Below are positions 11,136 to 23,662 of a stretch of 64,000 bases of DNA, piece after piece (positions within the stretch are counted from its first letter, which is position 1; each line of letters starts with the position of its first letter). The position numbers and the translations under genes were made by a program. The DNA is from Anaeromyxobacteraceae bacterium. GTDB taxonomy: Bacteria; Myxococcota; Myxococcia; Myxococcales; Anaeromyxobacteraceae. The notes beneath the pieces are model-generated. The model was not told the origin of the DNA. It did no database searches and was given only the letters and a program-made list of their open reading frames with translations. The stretch spans positions 704,001 through 768,000 of the forward strand of contig JAULAX010000015.1 in assembly GCA_032654565.1 (NCBI GenBank). The letters are read 5' to 3'.

Positions 11136-11537
11136 ATGCAGAGACGATTCGCGTTCGTGGCGACGCTGCTGACCGTGGTCCTTAGCGGCTGGGCCGCACC
11201 GGCCCGGGCCGAGACCGAGCCGTTCGGTCGGCTCGACGTGGCCCAGGTCGAGGCGTTGCTGGGGCGCAAGGACGTGGTGATCTTCGACGTCAACTCGGCC
11301 GGGGTCTACGCCCGGGGACACCTCCCCGGCGCCCGCTGGTCGGGGATGGACGAGGTGGCGCAGAAGCTCCCCGCCGACAAGACGCTGACGCTGGTCTACT
11401 ACTGCCACAACGAGCGTTGACTGGCCTGTCACAGCGCGGCCCGTGTGGCCGCCAAGGCGGGGCACCAGAAGGTCTTCATCATGCCGGCCGGGATCGACGG
11501 CTGGATCAAGGCCGGCAAGAAGGTCGAGCAGGGCTGA
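11136..11537 (+). CDS. Exported rhodanese-domain selenoprotein (133 aa; UGA at 11418-11420 read as Sec95)
   Basis: AGGAGG RBS, signal peptide, GHLPGA and LVYYC motifs; after the TGA the same frame completes the rhodanese fold (LACHSAARVAAKAGHQKVFIMPAGIDGWIKAG); hairpin directly after the UGA. Confidence 0.85.
11422..11454 (+). promoter_or_regulatory. Candidate bacterial SECIS hairpin
   Basis: By-eye fold: UGGC/GCCA, GUCACA/UGUGGC and CG/CG stems with a CGGCC apical loop starting 16 nt after the UGA. Confidence 0.55.
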
Positions 11538-11630
11538 CGCGGCCCTGAACGAGGCGTCCCCGCCGCGCCGGGTGGCGGGCGGGGACGAGGACGACATGGG
11601 CCGGGGAGGGAGCGGCCCCGGCCGGCGGGG

Positions 11631-13279
11631 CTAGCCCGGCACCATCCAGGTGAAGACGTAGGCCTGGAGGAAGACCACCACGCCCACCAGCGCCGCCAGC
11701 GCCAGCGAGTGCCAGAAGACGTAGCGCAGGATCTCGCCCTCCTTGCCGTGCTGGCCGGTGGCCACGCCGGCCACCACGATCGACTGGGCGTCGATCATCT
11801 TTCCCATCACGCCGCCGGAGGAGTTGGAGGCGGCCGCCAGGATGGGGTTCATGCCGATGGCGTTGGCGCTCACCACCTGGAGGTTGCCGAAGAGCACGTT
11901 GGACGAGGTGTCGGAGCCGGTCAGGGCCACGCCCAGCCAGCCCAGCAGCGGCGAGAAGAAGGGGAAGAGCCAGCCGGTGGAGGCGAAGGCCAGCCCCATG
12001 GTGGAGTCGGAGCCGCTCGACTTGGTGACGAAGCCCAGCGCCAGCATGGCGGCGATGGTGAGCAGCGACATGCGGACCCGCTTCAGGGTGCCGAGGTAGG
12101 TGGAGAGCAGCGCCCCCGGCTTCAGCCCCAGCCAGAGCCCGGAGATGATCCCGGAGAGCAGCAGGCCGGTGCCGGTGGCGGAGAGGTAGTTGAAGGTGTA
12201 CTTGGCCGCCTCGGCGCTGACGGCCTTGGCCACCGGCGGCGCCTTGTTGACCAGGTTGTGCAGGTACGGCACCGCCCAGGAGGGCGCGAACATGCCGCCG
12301 TTGACGGTGTTCATCCAGTTCTTCACCGGCACGTAGCCCCAGATGAAGACCACCACCGAGAGCACCAGCCAGGGCATCCAGGCCAGGAAGGCGGAGCCGA
12401 AGCCGTGCGACTTGTGGGCCACCTGCGGGGTGTCACGCTCCTCGGGGAAGCGCCAGGTGGTCTTCGGCTGCCAGACCTTGAGGAAGGCGTAGAGGGCGAC
12501 GATGCAGGAGATGGCGGCGACGATGTCCACCAGCGACGGGCCGTGGAAGTTCGACATCAGGAACTGGGGGATGGCGAAGGCCAGGCCGGCGATCAGGCAG
12601 GCCGGCCAGACCTCGATCATGCCGCGGAAGCCGGACATCTGCCAGATCAGCCAGAAGGGGACGATCATCGAGAAGATGGGGAGCTGCCGGCCCACCATCG
12701 AGGAGAGGGCCATCTCGTTGAGGCCGGTGACCTTGGCCAGGGTGATGATGGGGGTGCCGAGGGCGCCGTAGGCCACCGGGGCGGTGTTGCCGATCAGCGC
12801 CAGGCCGGCGGCGGCCAGCGGCTTGAAGCCGAGGCCGATGAGCATGGCGGCGGAGATGGCCACCGGGGTGCCGAAGCCGGCCGCCCCCTCGATGAAGGCG
12901 CCGAAGGCGAAGGCGATGAGCAGCACCTGGATGCGCCGGTCTCCGGCCAGGCCGCCGATGGTCTCCTTGACCACCTCGAACTTCCCGGTCTTGACGGTGA
13001 TGTCGTAGACGAAGATGGCGTTGAGGACGATCCAGCCGATGGGGAGCAGGCCGAAGGCGGCGCCGTAGCCGGCGGCGGCGGTGGCCGTCGAGGCTGGCAT
13101 GCCGTAGACGAAGACGGCGATGGCCCAGGCCAGCACCAGCCCGAGGATGGCGGCGTAGTGGGCCTTGACGTGGAAGAAGGCGAGGGCGCCGAGCAGCACC
13201 ACCACCGGGAGCGAGGCGATCACCGCCGAGATGAGCAGGTTTCCTACGGGGACGTAGTTCTGTGTCCAGGCCAACGGGT

Positions 13280-13283
<4 letters not shown>
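11631..13283 (-). CDS. lldP: L-lactate permease
   Basis: [47 protein letters not shown] motifs; start MNPLAWTQ. Confidence 0.95.
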
Positions 13284-16120
<2,837 letters not shown>

Positions 16121-16176
16121 GGTCGTCTCGGCAGGCAGTGGAGCACGGCCAACGTGGGGCGGCGGGACGACCGGGG

Positions 16177-16205
16177 CCACCGGTCGCCCGAGGCGCGCGA
16201 CCGGC
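16177..16205 (-). promoter_or_regulatory. Putative LytTR regulator site GCCGGTCG-N13-ACCGGTGG upstream of the D-lactate dehydrogenase
   Basis: Same half-sites and 13-bp spacer as the site upstream of lutA. Confidence 0.55.
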
Positions 16206-16217
16206 ATCCAAGCTGCC

Positions 16218-16898
16218 CTAACCGGCGGGACGCGGCGCAGCTACGCCGCGCTGCGGCAGCGAGGCGAGCAGCGCCTCCGTCGAGACCACCCTGGCGTAGG
16301 CGCCGTCCATGGCCGCCAGCGCCGCGGCGTGCACCTGCGCGGCGGGCACCTCCACGCCGCCGAAGGCCAGCGACCGGGAGGCGCAGGCGTCGTGCACCAC
16401 GGTGACCTGGAAGCCGAGGTCGCTGGCGGCGCGGGTGGCCGCCTCCACGCACATCTGGGTCTGCATCCCGACGATGACCAGCCGGGTGGTGCCGAGCCGG
16501 CGCAGGGTGGCGAGGAGCTCGGTGTCGCGGAAGGCGTTGGCCTCGCGCTTGCCGATGACCGGCTCGCCGGGGCGCGGCATGACGTTGGGGTGGGCGCGGT
16601 AGGCTTCGTCGCCGGCGTCCGGGCTGGGCCCCACCTGGCCCCGGGCGAGGTGGAGCACGTGGACCACCGGCCAGCCGCGGGCGCGGAAGGCCTCCAGCAG
16701 CGCCCGGGCCTTCAGGCTCGCCTCCACCGGCCCGGTGAGCGGGAGCTTGCCGCCCGGGAAGTAGAAGTTCTGCACGTCGATGATCACCAGCGTGGCGGGC
16801 TGGGCGGGTGCGGCGGGCGCCTCGGGCGGGGCCCCGGCGCCTGGGATCGGAAGGGCGGCGACGAGCACGGCGAGGGCGGCGACGGTGAGCGGGCGCAT
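16218..16898 (-). CDS. Isochorismatase/cysteine hydrolase family protein with signal peptide
   Basis: LVIIDVQN, K...NAFRDTEL, GMQTQMCV (D-K-C triad), VVHDACAS. Confidence 0.9.
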   Translation of the reverse strand: MRPLTVAALAVLVAALPIPGAGAPPEAPAAPAQPATLVIIDVQNFYFPGGKLPLTGPVEASLKARALLEAFRARGWPVVHVLHLARGQVGPSPDAGDEAYRAHPNVMPRPGEPVIGKREANAFRDTELLATLRRLGTTRLVIVGMQTQMCVEAATRAASDLGFQVTVVHDACASRSLAFGGVEVPAAQVHAAALAAMDGAYARVVSTEALLASLPQRGVAAPRPAG

Positions 16899-16946
16899 GG
16901 CCGGTGAGGATGGCACGGGAGGAGGCCGCAGCGCGAGGTGGCGCGA

Positions 16947-17654
16947 TCAGACGCCGAGCCGCTGCTTGAGCAGCGGCAGGAAGCGGCGGCTCACCGGGAC
17001 CAGCCGGCCGGAGCGGGTCCGCACCGTGGAGCCGTCCTCGTCGCCGAGCAGGATCTCCACCACCCGCTCGACGTTGACCAGGTGCTGCTTGTGGACCCGC
17101 AGGAAGCCGGCCCGCTCCTCGAGGACCCGCAGGGTGAGGTCGGTGAAGTGCTCGCCGCCGGCGGTGATCACGTAGACCCCGGCCTCGGAGGAGCGGACCG
17201 CCTCGACCTCGTCGAGGTCGACCAGCCGGATGCTGCGCGCCCCCTGGCAGGGGATGCGCCGGATGGCCGGGGCCAGCGCCGCCGGCGGCGCCTGCCCGAG
17301 GCCGCGCCGGAGCCGCTCCACCGTCCGGGCCAGCCGCTCCGGCTCCACCGGCTTGAGCAGGTAGTCGACCGCGTTGGCCTCGAAGGCCTTGACCGCGAAG
17401 GCGTCGTGGGCGGTCACGAAGACCACCGGCGGCAGGTCGTCGGGGTCGAGCAGCGAGAGCAGCTCGAAGCCGCTCACCGCCGGCATCTGCACGTCGAGGA
17501 AGAGCACGTCGGGGCGCAGGGCGCGGAGGGCGGGGATGGCGGCCACGGCGTCGGCGCAGGTGGCCACCACCTCCACCGCGCCGGTCTCGCCGAGCAGCGC
17601 CGCCAGCTCCTCGCGGGCGTGGACCTCGTCGTCGACCACCAGCGCCCGGATCAT
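16947..17654 (-). CDS. LytTR-family response regulator (BtsR/YehT/LytT-like)
   Basis: Receiver motifs VVDDE, FLDVQMP, DYLLKP; LytTR motifs FLRVHKQHLVN and VPVSRR. Confidence 0.93.
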   Translation of the reverse strand: MIRALVVDDEVHAREELAALLGETGAVEVVATCADAVAAIPALRALRPDVLFLDVQMPAVSGFELLSLLDPDDLPPVVFVTAHDAFAVKAFEANAVDYLLKPVEPERLARTVERLRRGLGQAPPAALAPAIRRIPCQGARSIRLVDLDEVEAVRSSEAGVYVITAGGEHFTDLTLRVLEERAGFLRVHKQHLVNVERVVEILLGDEDGSTVRTRSGRLVPVSRRFLPLLKQRLGV

Positions 17655-17684
17655 CGTCGGCGTCCCCCTCCCCGGGGCAGGAAC

Positions 17685-19361
17685 CTAGCTGAACGGCAGC
17701 CGCACCGTGACCCGGGTCAGCGCGCCGGGGATGCAGCTTACCGCCACGCCATACTCGGCGCCGATCAGGTTCTTGATGCGGGTGTCGACGCTCTTCAGGC
17801 CCAGCCCGTCCCCGTCGCCGGAGCCGGTGAAGCTCCCGGCGGTGTCCTCGATCTCCAGCAGGGCCAGCGCCCCCTCGCGGCGGGCCCGGATGCGCGCCGT
17901 CCCCGGGCCGAGCAGCTGGGCCAGGCCGTGCTTGAAGGCGTTCTCCACCAGCGGCTGGAGCGTGAAGGCCGGCAGGCGCAGGCCGAGCAGGGCCTCGTCC
18001 ACCTCGGTCTCCACGGTGAGCCGGTCGGCGAAGCGGGCCTTCTCGATCTCCAGGTAGGCGCTGACGTGCTCCAGCTCCTCGCGGAGCGTGGCCAGCTCGG
18101 CGGGGCGCTTCAGGTTCTTCCGGAAGAAGGCGGCCAGGTGGAGGATCAGCTCGCGGGCCCGGGGGGCGTCGGTGCGCAGCACCGCGGCGATGGTGTTGAG
18201 CGAGTTGAAGAGGAAGTGCGGGTTGACCTGGGCCTGCACCAGCTTCAGCTCCTGCACGGTGAGCAGCCCCTTGGCCTCCTCGTAGCGGGCCGCCAGCAGC
18301 TGGGCCGAGAGCAGCGAGGCCAGCCCCTCGCCCAGCGAGCGGTTCACCGAGCGGAAGCGCTGGTGGCGCGGCTCGTAGAGCTGCACCGAGCCGATCACCT
18401 TGCCGTCCAGCTCCAGCGGCGCCACCAGCACGGCGTCGAGCGGGCAGGCGGCGTCGAGGGGGCAGGTGAAGTGCTCGTGCTCGCCGTCGGCGAAGACCAC
18501 CTCTCCGCGCTCCAGGGCGCGGCGCGAGGAGGGGGAGACGATGGGGCCGCCGGGCCGGTGGTGGTCGGAGCCGAGCCCGTCGAAGGCCAGCACGTGGGTG
18601 GTGTCGGTGATGGCCACGGCGCCGGCGCCGGTCTCGTCGCGGATGATGCGCGCCAGCTCGGGGGCGGTGGCCGGCCCGAAGCCCCGGGCCAGCAGCCGCA
18701 GCGTGCGCCCGGCCACCCGCAGGGCGCGGGCCGACGACTCGGCCGCCACCTGCTCGCGCAGCCGCTGCCGGTCGCGCATCACCAGCGCGAAGAGGGCGGC
18801 CCCGGTGGCGTTGGCCAGGATCATCGACGGCCCGATGACCGTCACCACCTGGATGGCGTCGGCCAGCGGGCGCGACACCGCCACCACGATCCCCATGTGC
18901 ACGGTCTCGGTGAGGGCGGTGACGCCGGCGGCCAGCCGCCAGTCGGGGAGGCGGCCCGGGCCGGAGCGGCGGGCCAGCCAGCGCTGCACCAGCCCGCTCA
19001 CCACCCCCTCCATGGTGGTGGCGATGGCGCCGGCCAGCGCCGTGTAGCCGCCCAGCGTCAGGCGGTGGGCCCCGGCGGTGAGGCCGACCGACAGGCCGAG
19101 CCAGGGGCCGCCCACGAAGCCGGCCGCCACCGCCCCCACCGCCCGGGTGTTGGCGATGACGCCGCCGGGCAGGGTGACGCCGAGGTGGGAGCCGAGCATG
19201 GAGATGGCGCTGAAGAAGGCCCAGCGCAGCAGCCAGGTGCGCAGCGGCCGCTCGCTCGGCACCGGCTGGAAGGCCTGGGTGCGCGAGAGGACGTAGAAGA
19301 CGGCCACGAAGACCGCCATCGCCTCCAGGTTGGCGACCAGCAGCTGGAGGTGGAGTGGCAT
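17685..19361 (-). CDS. LytS/YehU (BtsS-like) sensor histidine kinase
   Basis: 5TM-LYT N-terminus (ANTRAVG, GGPWLG), GAF region, AQVNPHFLFNSLN, LQPLVENAFKHG. Confidence 0.95.
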   Translation of the reverse strand: MPLHLQLLVANLEAMAVFVAVFYVLSRTQAFQPVPSERPLRTWLLRWAFFSAISMLGSHLGVTLPGGVIANTRAVGAVAAGFVGGPWLGLSVGLTAGAHRLTLGGYTALAGAIATTMEGVVSGLVQRWLARRSGPGRLPDWRLAAGVTALTETVHMGIVVAVSRPLADAIQVVTVIGPSMILANATGAALFALVMRDRQRLREQVAAESSARALRVAGRTLRLLARGFGPATAPELARIIRDETGAGAVAITDTTHVLAFDGLGSDHHRPGGPIVSPSSRRALERGEVVFADGEHEHFTCPLDAACPLDAVLVAPLELDGKVIGSVQLYEPRHQRFRSVNRSLGEGLASLLSAQLLAARYEEAKGLLTVQELKLVQAQVNPHFLFNSLNTIAAVLRTDAPRARELILHLAAFFRKNLKRPAELATLREELEHVSAYLEIEKARFADRLTVETEVDEALLGLRLPAFTLQPLVENAFKHGLAQLLGPGTARIRARREGALALLEIEDTAGSFTGSGDGDGLGLKSVDTRIKNLIGAEYGVAVSCIPGALTRVTVRLPFS

Positions 19362-19368
19362 GGCGCCC

Positions 19369-19962
19369 CTAGCCGACCAGCAGCACGGTGAGGCTGCGGG
19401 CGCCGTGGGCGCCGATGACCAGCGACTGCTCGATGTCGGCGGTCTTGGAGGGGCCGGCCAGGAACAGCCCCCAGCGCGGCCGGCCCGCCAGGTCGAGCCG
19501 GGCGTAGGCGGCGTGCAGGTCGGGGACGATGTCGGCGACCTGGACCACCACCGCCAGGTGCTCGGGGATGACCACCAGGGCGTGGTGGGGCAGGCCCGCC
19601 CCCTCGATCCAGACGGCCCCGTTCTCGGCCACCGCCAGCGCGCCGGGCAGGACCACCAGCTCGAGCCCCTCCAGCTGGTGCGGATCCTTCACCGCGGCGG
19701 CGTCCACGGTGGCCCCGCCGACCCCGGCCACCAGCGAGACGATGCGGGTGGCGTTGCGGTGCACCGGGAGCGCCCAGAGCGCCACGTCGGCGGCCGGCAG
19801 GTCGGGGACCCGGACCAGCGCCCCGCCCACCGCCGCCACCCCCTCGGCGAAGCGGGCGGCGAGATCGGGGTAGCGGGCGCCGACGCCGTCGAGCACCGGG
19901 CGCGGGGCGCCGGGCTGGGCGTTGCGGCGGAGCGCCGCCAGGATCTGGTCACGCGCGGCCAT
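19369..19962 (-). CDS. lutC: Lactate utilisation protein C (LUD domain)
   Basis: AVAENGAVW, GPSKTADIEQSLVIGAHG. Confidence 0.92.
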   Translation of the reverse strand: MAARDQILAALRRNAQPGAPRPVLDGVGARYPDLAARFAEGVAAVGGALVRVPDLPAADVALWALPVHRNATRIVSLVAGVGGATVDAAAVKDPHQLEGLELVVLPGALAVAENGAVWIEGAGLPHHALVVIPEHLAVVVQVADIVPDLHAAYARLDLAGRPRWGLFLAGPSKTADIEQSLVIGAHGARSLTVLLVG

Positions 19963-21335
19963 GTGTCCTCCGGTAGCGATCGCGGAAGCTCTCCGGCGGG
20001 GCCACCGGCAGCTGGCGCTGCCGCCCCCAGGCCCCGGAGAGGCGGGCCATCAGCCCGGCCGGCAGCACCCGCAGGGCGAGGCGGACCAGCCGCCCGGCCA
20101 GCGCGAAGCGGGCCGGCGAGGCGAAGATCCAGGCGGTGAGGCGGAGCGCCAGCGACTTGCCGGCGGAGCCGTGGCCGGCGGCCACCAGGTCGCCGCGCCA
20201 GGCCAGCAGCTGGTGGTGCAGGTCGATGCGCACCGGGCAGACGTCGGCGCAGGAGCCGCACAGCGTCGAGGCGAAGGGGAGGGCGGCGTGGGCCCCGGCG
20301 TCGATGGTCGGCGCCAGCACCGAGCCGATGGGGCCGGGGATGGTGACGCCGTAGCTGTGGCCGCCGGAGCGGCGGAAGACCGGGCAGGTGTTCATGCAGG
20401 CGCCGCAGCGGATGCAGGAGAGGGCGCGCCGGTAGGGATCGCGCCCCAGCAGGGCGCTGCGGCCGTTGTCGACGATGACGACGTGCAGCTCGGAGCCGGG
20501 GCGGGGCCCGAGGAAGTGGGGTGGAGTAGGTGGTGACCGGCTGGCCGGTGGCGGAGCGGGCCAGCAGCCGCAGGAAGACGCCCAGGTCCTCGGCGCGCGG
20601 CACGATCTTCTCCAGCCCCATGCAGGCGACGTGGAGCGGCGGCAGCGAGGTGCCCATGTCGGCGTTCCCCTCGTTGGTGCAGACCACCACGGCGCCGAGG
20701 TCGGCGACCGCGAAGTTCACCCCGGTGAGGCCGGCCTGGGCGCCGAGGAACTTCTGGCGCAGGTGGCCGCGGGCCGCCTCGGTCAGGTACTTGGGGTCGG
20801 AGGCGCCGGCGGCGGTGCCCAGCTTCTCGTGGAAGAGGTCGCCGATCTCCTCCTTCTTGAGGTGGATGGCGGGGAGGACGATGTGGCTGGGCGGCTCCTC
20901 GCGGAACTGCACGATCCGCTCGCCCAGGTCGGTGTCGACCACCTCCACCCCGCGCGCCTCCAGGTAGGGGTTGAGGCCGCACTCCTCGGTGAGCATCGAC
21001 TTCGACTTCACCAGGCGGGTGACGCCGCGGGCGGAGAGCAGCCCGTGGACGATGCGGTTGTGCTCCTCGGCGTCGGCGGCCCAGTGGACGGTGGCGCCGG
21101 CGGCGGTGGCGTTCCGCTCGAACTGCTCGAGCAGGGCGGGGAGGTTGGCCAGGGCGTGGGCCTTGATCCCCTCCGCCAGCTCGCGGAGCCGCTCCCACTC
21201 CGGCACCTGGGCGGCGGCCCGGTCGCGCTTGACGCGCATGAACCAGAGCGACTCGTCGTGCCAGTGGGCGCGGGGGGTGTCGGCGACGAAGCGGGCGGCC
21301 GCCGCGGGGTGCTTCAGCGTGGTCAGGTGGGCCAT
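19949..21335 (-). pseudogene. lutB: Lactate utilisation protein B (Fe-S subunit) with a +1 frameshift at 20518-20521
   Basis: 5' frame KSKSMLTEE...ARSATGQPVTTYST; after one extra C the 3' frame reads HFLGPRPGSELHVVIVDNGRS...CIRCGACMNTCP...TLCGSCADVCP; may be a sequencing error. Confidence 0.85.
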
Positions 21336-21336
21336 G

Positions 21337-22083
21337 TCAGCTCCCCTCCCCGAGCAGCACCTCGGCGGCGTGGAGGATGCGCACCGGCCGCCCCTCGCGG
21401 CGGGCCAGCCCCTCCAGGTGCATCAGGCAGCTCATGTCGACGCCGGTGATCACCTCGGCCCCGGCCCTGGCGTGCTCGTCGAGCCGGTCGCACCCCATCA
21501 GGCAGGAGACCGCCTCCTCGGCCACCGCGAAGGTGCCGCCGAAGCCGCAGCACTCGTCGGTGCGGGCCGGCTCCACCAGGGTGATGCCCTGCAGCGAGCC
21601 GAGCAGCGTCTTCACCTTGTCGAACGGGGCCACCTGCCGCTCGCTGCCGCTGGCGAGCCGCAGCTCGCGCTGGGCGTGGCAGCTGCGGTGCAGGCCGACG
21701 GTGCGCGGGTAGCGGCCGGCCACCTGGCGCACCCCGAGGACGTCGTGGAGGAACTCGCAGAGCTCGAAGGTGGCGGCGCGCACCTGCGCCAGCGCCGGGT
21801 GATCCGGGACCAGCCCGGCGAACTGGTGGCGGACCATGCCGACGCAGCTGCCGCTCGGCGCCACCACGTACTGGTACCCCTGGAAGACGTCGAGGAAGTG
21901 GGCGCAGAGCGGGGCCGCCGCCGCCCGCTCGCCGGAGTTGGACATGGGCTGGCCGCAGCAGGTCTGGGCCTCGGGGAAGACCACCGTGCAGCCGTGGCGT
22001 TCGAGGAGGCGCAAGCTCGCCTCGGCCACCTGGGGGTAGAGCTGGTCGACGTAGCAGGGGACGAAGAGGGCGACCGTCGGCAT
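21337..22083 (-). CDS. lutA: Lactate utilisation protein A (two CCG domains)
   Basis: VALFVPCYVDQ, QTCCGQP, ECCGFGGTFA, DMSCLMHL. Confidence 0.93.
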   Translation of the reverse strand: MPTVALFVPCYVDQLYPQVAEASLRLLERHGCTVVFPEAQTCCGQPMSNSGERAAAAPLCAHFLDVFQGYQYVVAPSGSCVGMVRHQFAGLVPDHPALAQVRAATFELCEFLHDVLGVRQVAGRYPRTVGLHRSCHAQRELRLASGSERQVAPFDKVKTLLGSLQGITLVEPARTDECCGFGGTFAVAEEAVSCLMGCDRLDEHARAGAEVITGVDMSCLMHLEGLARREGRPVRILHAAEVLLGEGS

Positions 22084-22131
22084 GCCGGGAAGTCTAGACA
22101 CGCCCGGCGCCGGACGGGTAGCCGGGTCGCG

Positions 22132-22160
22132 TCAGCGGTCGCTTCCCGGCGCTGACCGGC
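22132..22160 (-). promoter_or_regulatory. Putative LytTR regulator site GCCGGTCA-N13-ACCGCTGA upstream of lutA
   Basis: Direct repeat with a 13-bp spacer, followed 35 nt downstream by a TAGACT -10 box located 7 nt before the ATG. Confidence 0.6.
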
Positions 22161-22221
22161 GGCTGGGCGGGCCGGAGCGGCGGCCAAAGGCGCGGCGGTC
22201 GCCGCCGCCCGGGCGGCGTCG

Positions 22222-22890
22222 CTAGGCCGGGAGCGGCGTGAGCGGGTGGCGCCTCGGCGAGGCCAGCCAGGCGGCGACGCGGGGCCGGCTGGCGATGCGG
22301 CCGGCGAAGGCCACCAGCGCCGGGAAGCGGTCGAGCGGCTCGCCGAAGCCGTTGTCGCGGAGCAGCTCCAGCAGGTACCAGAGGGCCAGGTCGGCGATGG
22401 TCACCCCGGCGCCCACCGCGAAGCCGGCGCCGCCCTGGTTGGCCTGGAGCCGCCGATCGAGGAAGCCGAGCCAGCGCGGCAGCGTGGTGGTGCGCAGCTC
22501 GGCGCGGAGCGCGGCCCGCCCCTCGGCCGGGGTGGAGACCAGCTTGCGCAGCTCCAGCCGCACGTCGTCGATGGCGCCCAGCCACTCGTCGCAGCGGGCG
22601 GTCTCGACCGGGGTCCGGCCGCCGAGGCCGTGCGACCGGGCCAGGTGGTTGGCGATGGCCAGGCTCTGGGCCAGGCGGAAGCCGCCCGGCTCCTCCCAGA
22701 CCGGCAGCGCCTCGAAGGGGAGGTCGCCGGTGGCCTTGAGGGCGGTGAAGTCGGTGGGGCGGCCATTCACCGGTGGCGTCCCCTTGCCCACCAGGTGCGC
22801 GGCGAAGTCGACGCCGGCCTCGGCGGCCACCAGGCGGGCCAGCTCGGCGCGGCCGCGCAGCGGGAAGTAGATGAGCGTGGGTCTGGTCAT
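22222..22890 (-). CDS. Glutathione S-transferase family protein
   Basis: LIYFPLRGRAELARL, LPFEALPV, AQSLAIANHLAR, TIADL. Confidence 0.9.
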   Translation of the reverse strand: MTRPTLIYFPLRGRAELARLVAAEAGVDFAAHLVGKGTPPVNGRPTDFTALKATGDLPFEALPVWEEPGGFRLAQSLAIANHLARSHGLGGRTPVETARCDEWLGAIDDVRLELRKLVSTPAEGRAALRAELRTTTLPRWLGFLDRRLQANQGGAGFAVGAGVTIADLALWYLLELLRDNGFGEPLDRFPALVAFAGRIASRPRVAAWLASPRRHPLTPLPA

Positions 22891-22939
22891 GGGGCGGAGT
22901 GTAACGCGGCGGGGGGCGGCGTGCCGCGGCCGCCGCCCC

Positions 22940-23662
22940 TCAGCTCAGCAACCACCCGATCAACGCCGGCACCAGCAGCGAGGTGGCCAGGGCGTTGAGC
23001 CCCATGCCGAGGCCGGAGAAGGCCCCGGCGGTCTCGCCCAGCTCGAAGGCGCGGGCGGTGCCGAGCCCGTGCGAGGCCACCCCGAGGGCGAAGCCGGTGG
23101 CGGCCGGATCGGTGACCCGGAGGCGGCGAAGCAGCGCCGGGCCGATCACGGCGCCGAGCACGCCGGTGAGCACCACCAGCGACGCGGTCAGCGACGGCAG
23201 GCCGCCCAGCCGCTCGGTGATCCCCATGGCCACCGGCGCGGTGGCCGACTTGGGCGCCAGCGAGAGCAGGGTCTCCCGCGAGGCGCCGGCCAGCCGCCCG
23301 GTGACCACCGCCGTCACGACCGCGGTCACCGAGCCGGCCAGCAGCGCCACCGAGAGCGGCAGCGCCAGCGCCTGCTCCCGGTGCAGCTCGCGGTGGAGCG
23401 GCACCGCCAGCGCCACGATGGCCGGCCCGAGCAGGAAGTGGACGAACTGCGCCCCCTCGAAGAAGAGCGGGTAGGGCGTGCCCCCCAGCCAGAGCACCGA
23501 GGCCAGCACCGCCACCGAGGTGACCACCGGGTGGACCAGCGGGTGGCGCCCCAGCCGACGGTGGAGCGCCTCGGCGGCGGCGTAGGTGACCACGGTGAGG
23601 GTGAGCCAGAGCAGCGGGCTCCGCGCCAGGTAGACCCAGGTCTCGACGAGGCGCGAGGTCAT
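22940..23662 (-). CDS. lrgB: LrgB/CidB family membrane protein
   Basis: FLLGPAIVALAVPL, APKSATAPVAM, SHGLGTARA. Confidence 0.93.
   Translation of the reverse strand: MTSRLVETWVYLARSPLLWLTLTVVTYAAAEALHRRLGRHPLVHPVVTSVAVLASVLWLGGTPYPLFFEGAQFVHFLLGPAIVALAVPLHRELHREQALALPLSVALLAGSVTAVVTAVVTGRLAGASRETLLSLAPKSATAPVAMGITERLGGLPSLTASLVVLTGVLGAVIGPALLRRLRVTDPAATGFALGVASHGLGTARAFELGETAGAFSGLGMGLNALATSLLVPALIGWLLS

Noticed and set aside
20510..20530. Programmed frameshifting or phase variation in lutB
   Set aside because: The run is only C4, with no slippery heptamer or obvious stimulatory signal; an error or point indel is more parsimonious.
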